The notes under the pieces are model-generated. The model ran no database searches and was not told where the DNA came from. It worked only from the letters and a program-made list of their open reading frames with translations. Shown here piece by piece: positions 52,025 through 64,000 of a stretch of DNA of 64,000 nucleotides. The position numbers were made by a program, and so were the translations under genes. Origin of the DNA: Felis catus (taxonomy: Eukaryota); NCBI RefSeq assembly GCF_018350175.1, contig NC_058368.1:168084001-168148000 (forward strand), read 5' to 3'. The first letter of the stretch is position 1; each line of letters opens with the position of its first letter.

Positions 52025-52975
52025 TATGTTTTTGTATATTTAAACTGAATTATAATTAACATACAATACTACATTCGTTTTAGGTGTATGACATACTGAT
52101 TCGACAATTCTTTACCCAAGGTTCACGACAAAAGTATAGTCAACATCTGTCACCACACTATGTTATTTTTGACTATATTCCCGGACTTTTCATCTCCATG
52201 ACTTATTTATTTTACATCTAGAAGTTTGCACCTCTTAATCTCCTTTATCTATTTCAACTATCGCCACCCCGCAACACATGCCCAATTTCCCTTTGGCAAC
52301 TACTTGTTTGTTCTCTGCTTTTAAGAGTTTGTTTTTGTTTGTTTGTTCATTTGTTTTGGTTTTTAGATTCTACATATAAGTGATATCAGATGGTATTTGT
52401 CTTTCTCTGACTAATTTCACCCAGCACTATACCCTCTAGTTCCATCCATGTTGTCACAAATGGTAAGATCTCTTCTTTAAATGTTTGGTAGAATTTACCT
52501 TATGAAGCCACCTGATCCTGGACTTTTATTTGTTGGGAGTTTTTTGATTATTGATTCAACTTCATTACTAGTAATTGGTCTATTCAAATTTTCTACTTCT
52601 TCCTGATTCAGTTTTGGATTGTATGTTTCCAGAAATGTATCCATTTCGTCTAGGTTCTATATCTGTTGGCATATAGTTTTTTTATATATAATATTCTCTT
52701 ATATTCCTTTATGTTTCTATAGTGTCAGTTGTTATTTCTCCTTCTTCATTTCTGATATTATTTGAGGCCTCTCTTTTTTTCTTGATGAGTCTGACTAAAA
52801 GTTCATCGATTGTGTTTATCTTTTCAATGAACCAGATGTTGGTTTCATTGACATTTTCTTTTGGTTTTTTTTTTTTTTTTTACTCTCTATTCCATTTATC
52901 TCTGCTCTAATCTTTATTATTTCCTTCTTTCTACTACCTTCGAACTTTTTTCTTTTCCTAGTTCCTTTAGGTGTG
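52025..52975 (-). mobile_element. L1 (L1MA/carnivore-type) 3' end fused to an internal ORF2 segment
   Basis: ttttagattctacatataagtgatatca...gttccatccatgttgtcacaaatgg is followed directly by tttaaatgtttggtagaattt...aagccacctgatcctgg. Confidence 0.9.
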
Positions 52976-53454
52976 AACACCCGAAAGTCTGTACTACTGT
53001 TAAGTATATACTGTTCTGGAAATGCATAAAGAAACAAATAGCCTCTTTGAATTGCAGGTGCTGGATGGCTTGCTGGGCTTATGTCCTGACATATCTGTAC
53101 CACAGCAAAATCAGAAATACACAAAATGGACCCAGAGAGATGCTAGAAAATACTTTGAAGCATGACTATTAAACCTGAGTGTTAAGGATGAATTTTGCTA
53201 TGTGTAACCATATGCATATGTGAACTATTAAATATAGCCATGTATAATACATATACAGCATCACTTTATTTCCAATTATTCTTTATTATAGTCCCTAGGA
53301 AGACACAAATTCATAAAATTTTTACCCAGTCACATAAATATTTCCTACACATGTATATTTTGGAGTCTACCACAGCTTCTGGGACAAAGTTTCTATGTGA
53401 ATTCTTACATATCTCTTAGGTTCCTTCGCTGTAAATTATCTTTATCATAACAGA

Positions 53455-53550
53455 ACAGTGTGAATGTACTTGGTACCACAGAAGTGTACGCTTAAGAATG
53501 GTTAAAAAGGTGAACTATGTATGTTAGGTACATTTGGCCAAGATACAAAA
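53455..53550 (+). mobile_element. Old L1 3' terminal fragment
   Basis: gtgaatgtacttggtaccacagaagtgtacgcttaagaatggttaaaa. Confidence 0.65.
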
Positions 53551-56500
53551 GAAAAATCACTTCATCAACCAGGACATAGAAGGAGGCTGTAATAAAGTTG
53601 TGTAAAGAAGAAAATTTAAAGCTGTTTGTGCAGTTCAGTCCCCTCACATTACGAAACATAACTGAGGACCAAACAGGTTTGAATAACTTATTAAGGAACA
53701 GATAACAGGGAGAGAGATGTTAGCAAATCTAAATTATTTTATAGACTTAAGAAAATCCAAAGATATCTTCTAAAATTAATGGAATAGAAAGAAGTAACAA
53801 TTCCAAAAACTATCTCTATGTAATAAAACCTCTAATTTTAGTTGGTTGATTCTTTAGCCTTTAGAAATCCTGCATCCAGGACCATTCCTCACTACAGGGC
53901 AGGTCAAATGATGACACTGGCCCACCTGTGGCTGATGCCTCCCTGTTTATTGTCCATGAATGGAACATTTTTTACTCTTACAATGGAGCTCAAACTCATA
54001 CATGGGGAAACAAGTTTACTTTGGCTATCACATGTAGCATTCTGAGATCTTGAAAAGAGCATTTTACTCTCAGATCCAATTAAGGCTCATTTTATTATGA
54101 GCTGACAGTCATTGACTATGCTCATGTGGTCTTCCCTATGACTATTTTGGCCAGTTCAGCATGAAATACAACAGTATCCAAAGGCAGTTTCAGAAGGCTA
54201 ATTCCTGGAAACCAGCATTATTACAAGACACGTACTGAGGACTTTTTATTGAAAACTCCACAAACAGCTCTGTCAAATTTATCACATTCCTTCCCTTGCT
54301 ATGGGAATTTCATAATAGTGCCCTCAAGTGTTTCATAAAAAGCTACCTAAAATAATCCTTCATAGTATAAAACAAATAATTACATTTAGGAAACTGGCAT
54401 TTTAATTAAACTTACTTTCCTTATAAATTCACTGGTAGCTGGGTTACACAAATCACTGAGGATCTGAATAAACAAAGTTTACAACCAATATCTTCTAAAC
54501 ACGTCACTCCAATTCTTAAACATGTAGTAAGGTATTTTAAGAGAAGCCCAAGTCAGAATGTAGACTACAGGTAATCAACTTTCAGTTTAATTTTGCTTTT
54601 ATTTAGAAAAAATATTACTTGTAACTAATTTAGGTTAAAGACTAAAATTAGTCAATGATTGGAATGGCCATGTATGTACTTAAGTATAAAATGAGACACT
54701 AAAATGTTACCTAGGAAACAGTCTTGAAGGTTTATAAAAAGACCTCAAATGGCTTCCAAGTTCTCGTAAGACTCTGGAAAAGTAAAAAAATTAAACAAAA
54801 TCCTCAATTGTGCAAATTGACTATGGTGGATGAACCAACATAAGAGGACTCATGGGACGTTGGCAGCGGCAGCAGGGATGTTCCATCAATTCAGGCTAAC
54901 AAGGATAATTCAGATGAAGCCAGTTGGAGGTAATAATTTTTAAAAAGAATAAAGACTTCTGCATAGTTTAATATGTTCAAAGGCCAACCAGTCCTAAATT
55001 ACTTCTTACCAGCCCTGCAGATGTTGGTTTTATTGGGACTGGGTTTCAAAGCAATCAGTCATAATCTTTAGGGAGCAAAGTCAAGGGTTAAGACAGGCTG
55101 CCTTGTGATATCAGGGTTACTGGGGCTGCAGATCAGCACCACATACTCATCTGCCAAGATGGAGGTCATGGGAGAGAGCAGAGGCACAGGGAGACAGAAG
55201 GATCAGAGAAAGACAGTTTCTCTGGGGAAGAGTCTCCTATTAGCGACAGGGAGGGAGACACAAGAAATAAAGGAAAGGTGTTGTAGCACAGGTCTTGCAT
55301 GGGAAAAACAGGAAAAAAAGCGGGGGGAGGGGAAAAATTAAGACTGCTGGGAATGGGAAGGAAAGGGGCAGAGAGGGAATTTCTGTCCCTGAGCATAGGA
55401 TGGCTTCTACATCTTGACAGGGTCTGATATCTACATTTAGAGGATTTGGTTGGACAAGAGAGAATGAGCGGCATCCCTTCTGCTCATCAACTAGCTCTGA
55501 ATCTCAGCTTGGTTAAGGCTTGCACTCAAGTATAGAAATGGTAATAAAAGCTAGATAAGCTACATTTAGGAAATCAGGTGAAACCTTCCCAGCACCTCAC
55601 AGAACCAAGAACCTCAGGATGTAACTGAAAGCATTTAAACAGCCTGAGATCCTGGCATAGACAATAAAAATTTCTAAATCTAACCACGAAAACCGGACTT
55701 TCAGGGTATTGAATGCTGTCACATACACAGTAGCTACTATGTTAATTCTCTGACACTTTATGTATTCCTTCCATCCACTGCCTTCTTAATCACACTGGGC
55801 TGCTGTTTCTTTGCATTATTTCCAAATCCAAGGTCTGTTTCACCCTGCCATTCTCCTACTAGATCTGACATTTTTTGCCATTTTATTCACATCCTGTTTT
55901 GCTTTCTAGCACACTTTACTGCACTGTGTCTCAGAGCTGTACCTTCTAACTCCTTATTGGCACATCACCAGCCAGATTAATCTTCCTTAAATAACTCTGA
56001 CCATATCTCTCACCTTCTCTGAAACTTTTAGGAAACAAAAATATTTCAACTGCAAAAAAGAACCCCAGAACTTGCCTATCAAAGCCCTTCACTATTACTG
56101 CCATTTTCTGAAATCTGTTAAGCTGGCTGAAATCTCTTTCCCCAAATTTTGAGAGGCTAGTCTCAATGTACTCAAAGAGCTGTGCTCATTACTTTAAAAT
56201 TGCTCTCACTTCACTCTTTTTATGCAGATAACTTGGAAGTGTGTCTTCTTCTCTCCCTGCCACTTATTCAACTGCCTAGTTCCTACCTCAACTTCTCCAC
56301 AAAACCTTCTCAATTACTTTAGAGAGAGTAAAAATTAGTGAGTATTGGAAATACAATCTACTTGCCTAACACAAATTATTAACCAGACAGTCTCCAATAT
56401 TAACTATGCCCTTTAGACAGGAACCATCAATTGGCAGCAGCTGCCAAGGGACCAGGGTCCAACCTTCCCTTCCTGCTACAAGTACCTGGGAGACCCCTCT

Positions 56501-56694
56501 TTGTCTTTCCCAACTCTTTCACCTCCCCTCCACCTGCCCTCCTACTCAACCAGCCCTTCCCAGGCTCTTCTGCTCAGGAACAATCTTTCACCCCAAACAC
56601 TTGCCATCCAGTCTTAATGCTTGAGCAGGTCCATATCTGGATAGTTGTGAATTTTCATTCATTTGTGCATACTTACTTAAATGTCTCCTCAACA

Positions 56695-56870
56695 CCTGAC
56701 TCTAACTTGGCTGCACATTAGGATCACATGGGGAACTTCTAAAAAAATACTGATAACGAGGCCCCATCCTTAGGCATTCTGATTCACTGACTTGAGGTAA
56801 GGCCAGTCATTAGTATTTCTGAAAAAGATACCCAGCTGACCGCAGCCTAAATTGGGAACCACTTCTCTAA
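56695..56870. mobile_element. MER5A-like hAT MITE
   Basis: aacttggctgcacattaggatcacatgggga...aaaatactgat...attctgattcact...ttgggaaccact. Confidence 0.8.
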
Positions 56871-56960
56871 TACAGAGCTATTGAGGTTTAAATCCTGAAA
56901 GTGTAAAACTAATTCATAAAGCTCAGCCTCTTCAATCACTCAAATAAAGAATGCAGAAGA

Positions 56961-57175
56961 GGGGCACCTGGGTGGCTCAGTCGGTTAAGCGTCCAACCTC
57001 GGCTCAGGTCATGATCTCACCGTTTATGTGTTCAATCCCCGCGTTGGGCTCTGTGCTGACAGCTTGGAGCCTGGAGCCTGCTTCAGATTCTGTGTCTCCC
57101 TCTCTTTCTGCTCCTCCCCCGCTCATGCTCTCTCTCTCTCTCTCTCTCAAAAATAAACATTAAAAAATTTTAAAA
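56961..57175 (+). mobile_element. SINEC_Fc
   Basis: TSD aaagaatgcagaaga / aaagaatgcataaga. Confidence 0.96.
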
Positions 57176-57194
57176 AAAGAATGCATAAGATATT

Positions 57195-58260
57195 ATTCAT
57201 ATGATCAATAACTATTTATTGGGCACCTATCATGGACCAGACACTATTCTAGTTGCTAAAAATACAACAGTGAACACAGCAGACAAAAAAACCCTATCCA
57301 TAGGGTGCTTATATTCCTACTTGGAAAAAAGTGAGGAGAAAAATAAATAAGTAAGTAAATTATATAGTATGTTAAAAGTCCTATATAAAAAAAAGTACTA
57401 TAGAAAAAAAATAAAACAAGGCAAGGCAGATGGAAAACAGTGGAGGGAAGGGATGAGATGGGGTATGATTTTAAATAGGCAGTCAAAGATGATCTCATTG
57501 AAAAGATGATCATTGAGCACAGATTTGAAGGAGGCGAGGAAGCACACAAAACATGTTGATGTCTGGGCCCAGACTTAGTGCGAAGACCCTAGGATGGGAA
57601 CAGGAGGAGCATTTTGGAATGGGGAGCCAGAGGTATTGCAGCAGAATGAACAGAAAGAAAACTAACAGCAGACATAGCCAAAGAGGTGAGTGAAGACAGG
57701 CAGACTGTATGAAACCTTGTAGGACAAGGTAAGGATTTTAGCTTTTGCTCTGAGGAATTTGGGAAGCCACTGGAGGGTTTTGTGTAGGAGTATGACATGA
57801 TCTAACTTACATTTTTAAATGATCTTCTAGCTTCTGCGTGAGTCTATAAGAGAAGCAAAGGTAGAAGCAGAGAGAGACTATACTGAATTAATGTAGTCAA
57901 TCAATATCTGACTTGGTCCACAGTGATAGCAGCTAGAGGTGGTATGAATATCAGATTCTGGATATATTTGAAAGAAGAATCAACAGAATTTTTTGACAAA
58001 TGGATTATGGAGCATGAGAAAAAAAGAAGAATCAAGGACGATTCTAAGGTTTTTGATTTGAGCTCCTGGAAGGTATTGCTCCAATTAACTAAGATGGTTT
58101 GGTAGCGGATAGGAAAAGAGTTTGATTTTGAATATGCTCTGTCTAAGATGCCCATTAGATGGCCAAGAAAAGATGTCAAGAAAATTTGGAAGTCATCAGC
58201 ACACAAATGGCACTTACAATTGATTAAATTCGTTGGGTTAGCCAGATACAATGATAGTAG
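57195..58260 (-). mobile_element. L2 (L2a-like), about 1 kb
   Basis: tatttattgggcacctatcatggaccagacactattctag...gggaagccactggagggtttt...gattctggatatattttgaa...gaatcaaggacgattctaaggtttt. Confidence 0.88.
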
Positions 58261-61009
58261 GGTACAATTAACAGTGAGGGAAAAAAAAATTAATTGATTG
58301 ATTAAATTAATATCCAAGCATACATAAGCATAGTAATAGAATATAATACATAGTCGGCTAATCTGATTCTAAAAAAATTTTTAAATGCATTAACAGCAAT
58401 AGTATCCTGAGCCACCTTGGGGCAGTGACAGGCTGGCTTCATTTCCCATCAAAGCATAATTCAGCCTTCACAGCTCCAGGGCACATCCTCTGTAAAATCA
58501 TCTGGGATGCCCACTGTCAGAGTCAGAGACTGCCCTACGTACACCCACTGATGGTGGTCATTCTCCCACCAGGGCCTTCAACACGCTGCTCTACAGTTTG
58601 ATCTAGTAAGTGTTCCTCCCACTAGAGTCAAAGGCAAGTTACTATAGGTCAGGGCCATGGCTATTCACCTTCATGTCACCAGTGCCTTACACGGTATTAG
58701 GTGCATCAAACTCAATTCATTAAATGCTCTTGCTGACTGAGTAAATCTGAAATTAGGGTCAAAACTTTAAAGATATTTTCATTTATTTACATTTCCAGAA
58801 ATCAGGTATCTGTCCCTCTAACTCTATCAAATGCAGGATCTAAGGCTCTGAAGCTACGTGTTTTTAAAAGTGATATTTTTGAACATTAGTGAACATAAAG
58901 TTCACTAAGATGTAAGTATTAAATAATAAAAAAAAATCTCATTCCACACAATTAAAGGTCATTTAGAACAAGAAGCACAATCAGTTCTCTATTTACATAT
59001 TTGTTTTTAAAGTGAAGAACAGTTTTTCTTTTTTTCAAGCCTCTGTAAATTGTCAGCATTTTGATGTGTGTGGCAGGAATTCTGAAGAATTCACCAAAAT
59101 TGTAATCACTGTCTTCTGCTGCAGAAATGTGAATTTGTTAATTGGATTTCTGCGTCTTGGTGTACCAATTCAGAATGGATGCTCTGCTCCTCATCTTGTA
59201 CTCTGGCAGGCAGCAGTCTCTAATTGACTTTTTTCTAGGACTTTTCTTTCCACTAGATCCCTTTCTTTTCTCCACATAAGATTTCTGGAGCTCATAACAA
59301 ACTACAAACAGCACTTAAAGTTAGCAGCACTAAGCAGCCCTGTCACTTTTTTACCCAGCAGGAGCTAAGAAACAGAACTTCTCCTCAATTAAAAAAATAA
59401 AATGTTCACACTGTTTCACTCACATAGGAAAAAAAAAATCAAAGCTTAAATAAACTAAGGGCAAATTAAGTCAAATGTGAATGCAAACAAGGAGAGATTA
59501 TTTCATCTAACTGGACTGGTTGGGTACTTGTCCTTCATTTCTTTGCAACAAGGTCCGAGATCTATTATAAAAACAAAAGACAGTCCATGGAATTTGGAAC
59601 CTATCTCAGTGACTGGCATCATATACCACACTTCAGTGTGTCAGAAGTTTGGGAGGTACCTTCCAAATAAAAGTTTCATGACCTAATTTTTTAAAGTAGG
59701 AAAATAAATGAAACTTAGCCCAGGACAAAAGCTTGTCATATCCAAGCCAAGCGACCTGTACGTTGACCTCTTGATCACATGCTACTCAGGCAAAAGTCTT
59801 ATCATTCCAGTCTTTATTTTTAAATGTATGCAGCTGAAAAACAAAAGGATGCCATTAATGCTTTTTAACTTAAAAAAGTATTCTGACATATATATTTTTT
59901 TGGCATTCCAGAAATGTTACCGAAATGTTGTACCTACTCTGTAAAATAAAATGTCTGTTTTTTTCTTTCTTCCCAATTTAGAATATGCAACTGGGACTCA
60001 CCTTCACATCGAAAATCTCATAGCCTTACACTCTCATTTCTGGGCCTCAGCCTAAAGCCACAGCTCAGAGGGAAAAGTGCTTAAATCTTAATTTCAGAAA
60101 TGATTCTTCCTATTCTGTGACCAGGTACTGTTTCAGGGAGTGTGAACTAAAAAAACGCTGGTGTCCAGAATAACCACCAGTGGGGCCACCAACCAGGGTT
60201 CGGCCTTCCATGCCACCAGAAAAAGACTTCCTAACACACATGGCGGAACAGCATGGGGCCTCTGTCAATAGGTACATGCAGCTTGTCTCTGAGGTTTGCC
60301 CTATAAGTCTGGAGCACCCTGAGTCACCAAGGAAGAAAACAGCTCATCCATCAGCAGCATTCTCTCCTCTCAATCTCAAAGCCATTTTTATGAGAAGAAA
60401 CATTCCAAAACATATATGTCATACTTCTTTCTACACTCCCCCTTACAATACCCAAATAAAACCCCAAATATTCCTTCTAGTTGGAAGACATATCTGATAC
60501 TAACAAACTTACAATTAATCAATTGGATCACCACTACTAGCGAGAAAGGAGTCACTGAATCCATCCGAAAAGAAATCAAGATGTAAGTTGGGAAAAAATG
60601 CTATTTCTTCCACAGTCTTCATTTCTGGCAATGTACTTGATTTAATTGTTCATGGTACTATCCAAGTGCCCCAATCACCTATGATAATGAAAGAATGAAC
60701 ACTTTCCACATGAGAAAAATCTTAGAAGACTCAAACTTTTTAAAGGGCATGTAAAGATGTGTACTCAAAATCCAAGTCAGGAACTCTCCAAACACTAAAT
60801 CAGATTTCAATTGTTTTACCTTTGTTCTATAATAACCATTTTGAGAAGCAACAGCATTTGGTTAAAATATATTTAAATTTGAAATTGGTAAACTTTAGTT
60901 CCTCACTCTGCTAATGGCACTCAAGAGCTAAAAGTGAATGATGTAAAAATCAAGGTTAATATCTATGCCACAGGCAGTATATCGGTTATCAGTAAGAAAC
61001 GGTAATCAT

Positions 61010-61227
61010 GGGACTCCTGGATGGCTCAGGCGGTGGCTTCCGACTCTTCATTTTGGCTCAGGTCATGATTTCACGGTTCATGGGTTCGAGCCCCGCACCA
61101 GGCTCTGCACTCGAAGTGCGGAGACTGCTTGAAATTCTCTCTCCCTCTGTACCTCTGTACCTCCTCTGTACCTGCCCCATTCACACACACACTCTGTCGC
61201 AAAATAAATAAATAAACTTTAAAAAAA
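61010..61227 (+). mobile_element. Can-SINE
   Basis: gggactcctggatggctcag head. TSD aaacggtaat / aaatggtaat. Confidence 0.92.
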
Positions 61228-62119
61228 TGGTAATTAAATAATATAGATCATGAAACTACATTATCATTAAATAGAAAATACAAGTTTTTCCAAAGTAAGC
61301 TGCAAAAATTTTATAACTTTGCCTTATATGTTAAAGTATCACATTCTGATACAAAGAACTATCCATCTGTAACGCTACTCTCTCAACCTATTTTGTCCAT
61401 CTATGAGTAAAAGGCTTCAACCGAGATAAATTTAAAATAAAATAGCCAGTGTACATCTAAGGTATAGCTTTAATATCAAATTATGGTTTACTTTAATAAT
61501 ATGTACTCTGAGTCACTTATGCCCTCTCATATCAATAAAAAAAGCATGACCAAGATTTTTGAAAATGAAAAAATAAACAGAAGTGGACATGATAGCATGT
61601 TATTTTTAAATTATCAGTCAAAACCATCTAAGATGTAACTTAAATTAACTAGTGACTAATAACCAATAACTCAGATAACTAGTTCACAACTTCTTAGTCA
61701 AATATTTTTCTTCAAATTTTCCTCTATGAATGGACATTATAGATTATAGCACTGAGAAAACATTTAAATTTTGTCTTTCTAGGAGCATGTATACAAACTA
61801 TCTTTTGAGAATTAAGCAGCTAGTCCATCATCCTATTTTGGGGACTCACCATGGCCTTGTAGCTTCATTGTTTTTAACTGTCACATAGCTAGCTGTCTCT
61901 ATCTCTCTAGGAATAGCTTGTCTAGATCCAGAGCAGAAGTACAGGTAGTGATAATTTTAGGAAGGGTCAAGAATAACTTAAATCTTACATTATGTGCAAT
62001 TCTCTGCTTTGTGCTTTGATCGCCACCATTACAAGATCCTCTGAGAGGAAATAATTATTGGTTCTACTCTCTTAAAGGGGGTCTCATGTAAGAAACATGG
62101 AATGATGCAGAAAGAAAGA

Positions 62120-62590
62120 TGCATTAGGGTCAAACAGGAAAACAGAAACCACTATAAGTATTTATTAAAATTACACGAAGGGAATTTCATTAAGGAAATT
62201 GGTTATTCTGGTGAAGCAGAGGCTGAGAAGAAAAACTGGAGAGGCTAGTGTAAGCCAGAGATTTTGCAACAGCAGGAAGAACATGCACCCAAGGAGGGAA
62301 GGACAAAAGGACGGGTCAGTGTTACTGGAATCCATGGGCTATGGCCATCCAATACAAGCTGGAGCTGCAGGGGATCTGTCCAGGGCTAGAACCATGGAGG
62401 AAATAAAGCTGTCTCCAGTAATGTTACCTGAGACAGAGAGGGAGGGAGAGAAATACACTAGTTTCTCACTTCCTTTGGCCTAGCTGCCTCCCACTGAATG
62501 CAGCCTGGAGAATGAAGTCCTCTGTGATGCAGAAGCACATAGCTTAGAGAGAAAAAAGGATCTGAGGACTAACAGAACTAGGGGTGAGAA
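62120..62590. mobile_element. Ancient ERVL/MaLR-class solo LTR-like element
   Basis: tagggtcaaacaggaaaacagaaaccacta...agggaatttcattaaggaaattggtta...gaggctgagaag resembles old LTR consensus; subfamily uncertain. Confidence 0.55.
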
Positions 62591-64000
62591 CAAAGTAAAA
62601 GGAGAGGGTTAGGAGATCCAGTTTCCAAAAATAAGAAAAAAGTAGTAAATCTAATGGGAGTTCTTTATAACAACCCAGAAGCCTAACTGCCAGAGTATTC
62701 CTGCAACTTGCCTGAGAAACGCGGTGCTAACCAACTTTGTTTTCTTTTCCAGCTAGATGAGATCTGTAAAAGTCATCACTTGTGCTGCCTTCTCAGGCAC
62801 GGGGGTATTGTTTCATTTTTAAAGATCCAAGATTGATAGCCAATTGTATGTTGAAAAAGTACCTCTGCTCAAACATAATAACCAAGCATTTCCTCTAGTG
62901 AATATAAAAGAGAAAGCTCCAGTGGAAAGCTTTCTCTTGGGAAAAAAAAAAAAACGTTGATGGCCAATCATCCCACTAGGATACAATCAATTGAAGGGAA
63001 GTCTACCGTTCAATTGCAGGGAAGTCTACAGGAGGGGAAGCAGCTATAGTCCTAAAGGTTTTGTAAATACAGTGTGATCAACAGCTTTTGTGTAAATGCC
63101 TGTGATACCTCTGGGCTGGATAGCAAACATGTAAGAAGCTCAATTGCCTTTAGTCAATGGACTCGATTGGCCTCTATTATTGGGCCAGGGTGTCTGGAGA
63201 AGAAGCAGCTCAGAACCAAACTTTATTCCAAAAAGAATTATGGAAAATAATGAGTAAAAATATGTTGGCTCAAATTCTGGTTAAATACTGAGGATTCAAG
63301 CTAAAATTTCAGAACACATACCTCTACTGTCACATAAATAAATTAGCTTTTGACTAACAGAGAGTTACTATGGAAATGAATTCCCTATTGTCCAAGAATG
63401 CGACTATAAAAAAGGCACAACATAATTTATCTTCCTTTCAGTATCCAGGAGCCCCTTCATCATTATAAACATCATATGATATTAAGCAAAATTGTAAAGA
63501 AAAATCTGGTTATTTGGTTTCTGAGTAATGATTAATGATTGGCATGGTGTGGGTGTGTACCATGTTTAACTATGTGTGTGAATGAATATAATATATTCAT
63601 ACATAGGCACTTCCCTGTGGCTAACAAGATCTGCCCAGGTGCAGTGAAATTAGTACTTAAGTACACAGTTAAATTAATTAAAAATAAAATGCTGGTAAAT
63701 ATTGTATAATCATTCAAAACTATTAAGTGAATATAACTGTCAATGGTTTTATATAATTGACTATGTCCCTTAAATAAATTTGGTTTCTATTTAGCTCTAA
63801 TTCTCAATAAATGTTTATTTTAAATTAATAAATGAGATCTGCTTACTTTATTTTTTCCCAGTAATATATTTCCTCATTAAGTTTCATTATAATTTATTCT
63901 CATTAGGCCCCAAATATGGTTTCTCTAATTCCGGCAGTCTGTTCTGTTGGGGCCCCATCCGTGTCTAATATTACAATTTATGTATAAACCACAAGACTGA

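Larger units (their letters stand above)
47025..64000 (-). other. FBXL17: FBXL17 intron upstream of the exon (continues beyond window end)
   Basis: AG acceptor at 47026-47025 preceded by a T-rich tract (A run on + at 47035-47047). No preceding FBXL17 exon was found in the window. Confidence 0.85.

Noticed and set aside
52722..53172. ORF with KEIIKIRAEINGIES motif
   Set aside because: Degraded L1 ORF2 fragment.
57901..58317. 138-aa ORF on the - strand
   Set aside because: Lies within a decayed L2 element and has no credible start context.
58887..58909. ttagtgaac-ataaa-gttcactaa hairpin
   Set aside because: A 9-bp stem is expected by chance in 64 kb of AT-rich DNA and is too short for a pre-miRNA.
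1..64000. A novel multi-gene system, CRISPR array or prokaryotic-type locus
   Set aside because: The sequence is a mammalian intron. There is no repeat-spacer array and no credible long ORF; short tandem repeats here have 2-3 copies and no unique spacers.

Overview
This window is AT-rich mammalian (felid) genomic DNA. It carries 21 tRNA-derived Can-SINEs, many of the cat-type SINEC_Fc form, and a cat-type L1 3' end. It appears to lie entirely inside FBXL17 on the minus strand. The only supportable coding sequence is one 131-bp internal exon (46894-47024, LRNLSSLDLRHITELDNETVMEIVKRCKNLSSLNLCLNWIINDR, leucine-rich-repeat region) with canonical AG/GT boundaries. Everything else is long intron filled with SINEs, old L1/L2/MIR fragments, MaLR LTRs, DNA-transposon fossils (MER47/Tigger5, Tigger2, MER3, MER5A, MER102-like) and microsatellites. 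All ORFs in the supplied track look spurious, and the real exon is not among them. I found no convincing new biological system. The most worthwhile leads are a 17-kb SINE-free zone with homeodomain-motif clusters, candidate recursive or cryptic splice sites, closely spaced inverted SINE pairs, and several local duplication or templated-insertion scars. Repeat family names come from recalled consensus sequences, and boundaries of old repeats are approximate.
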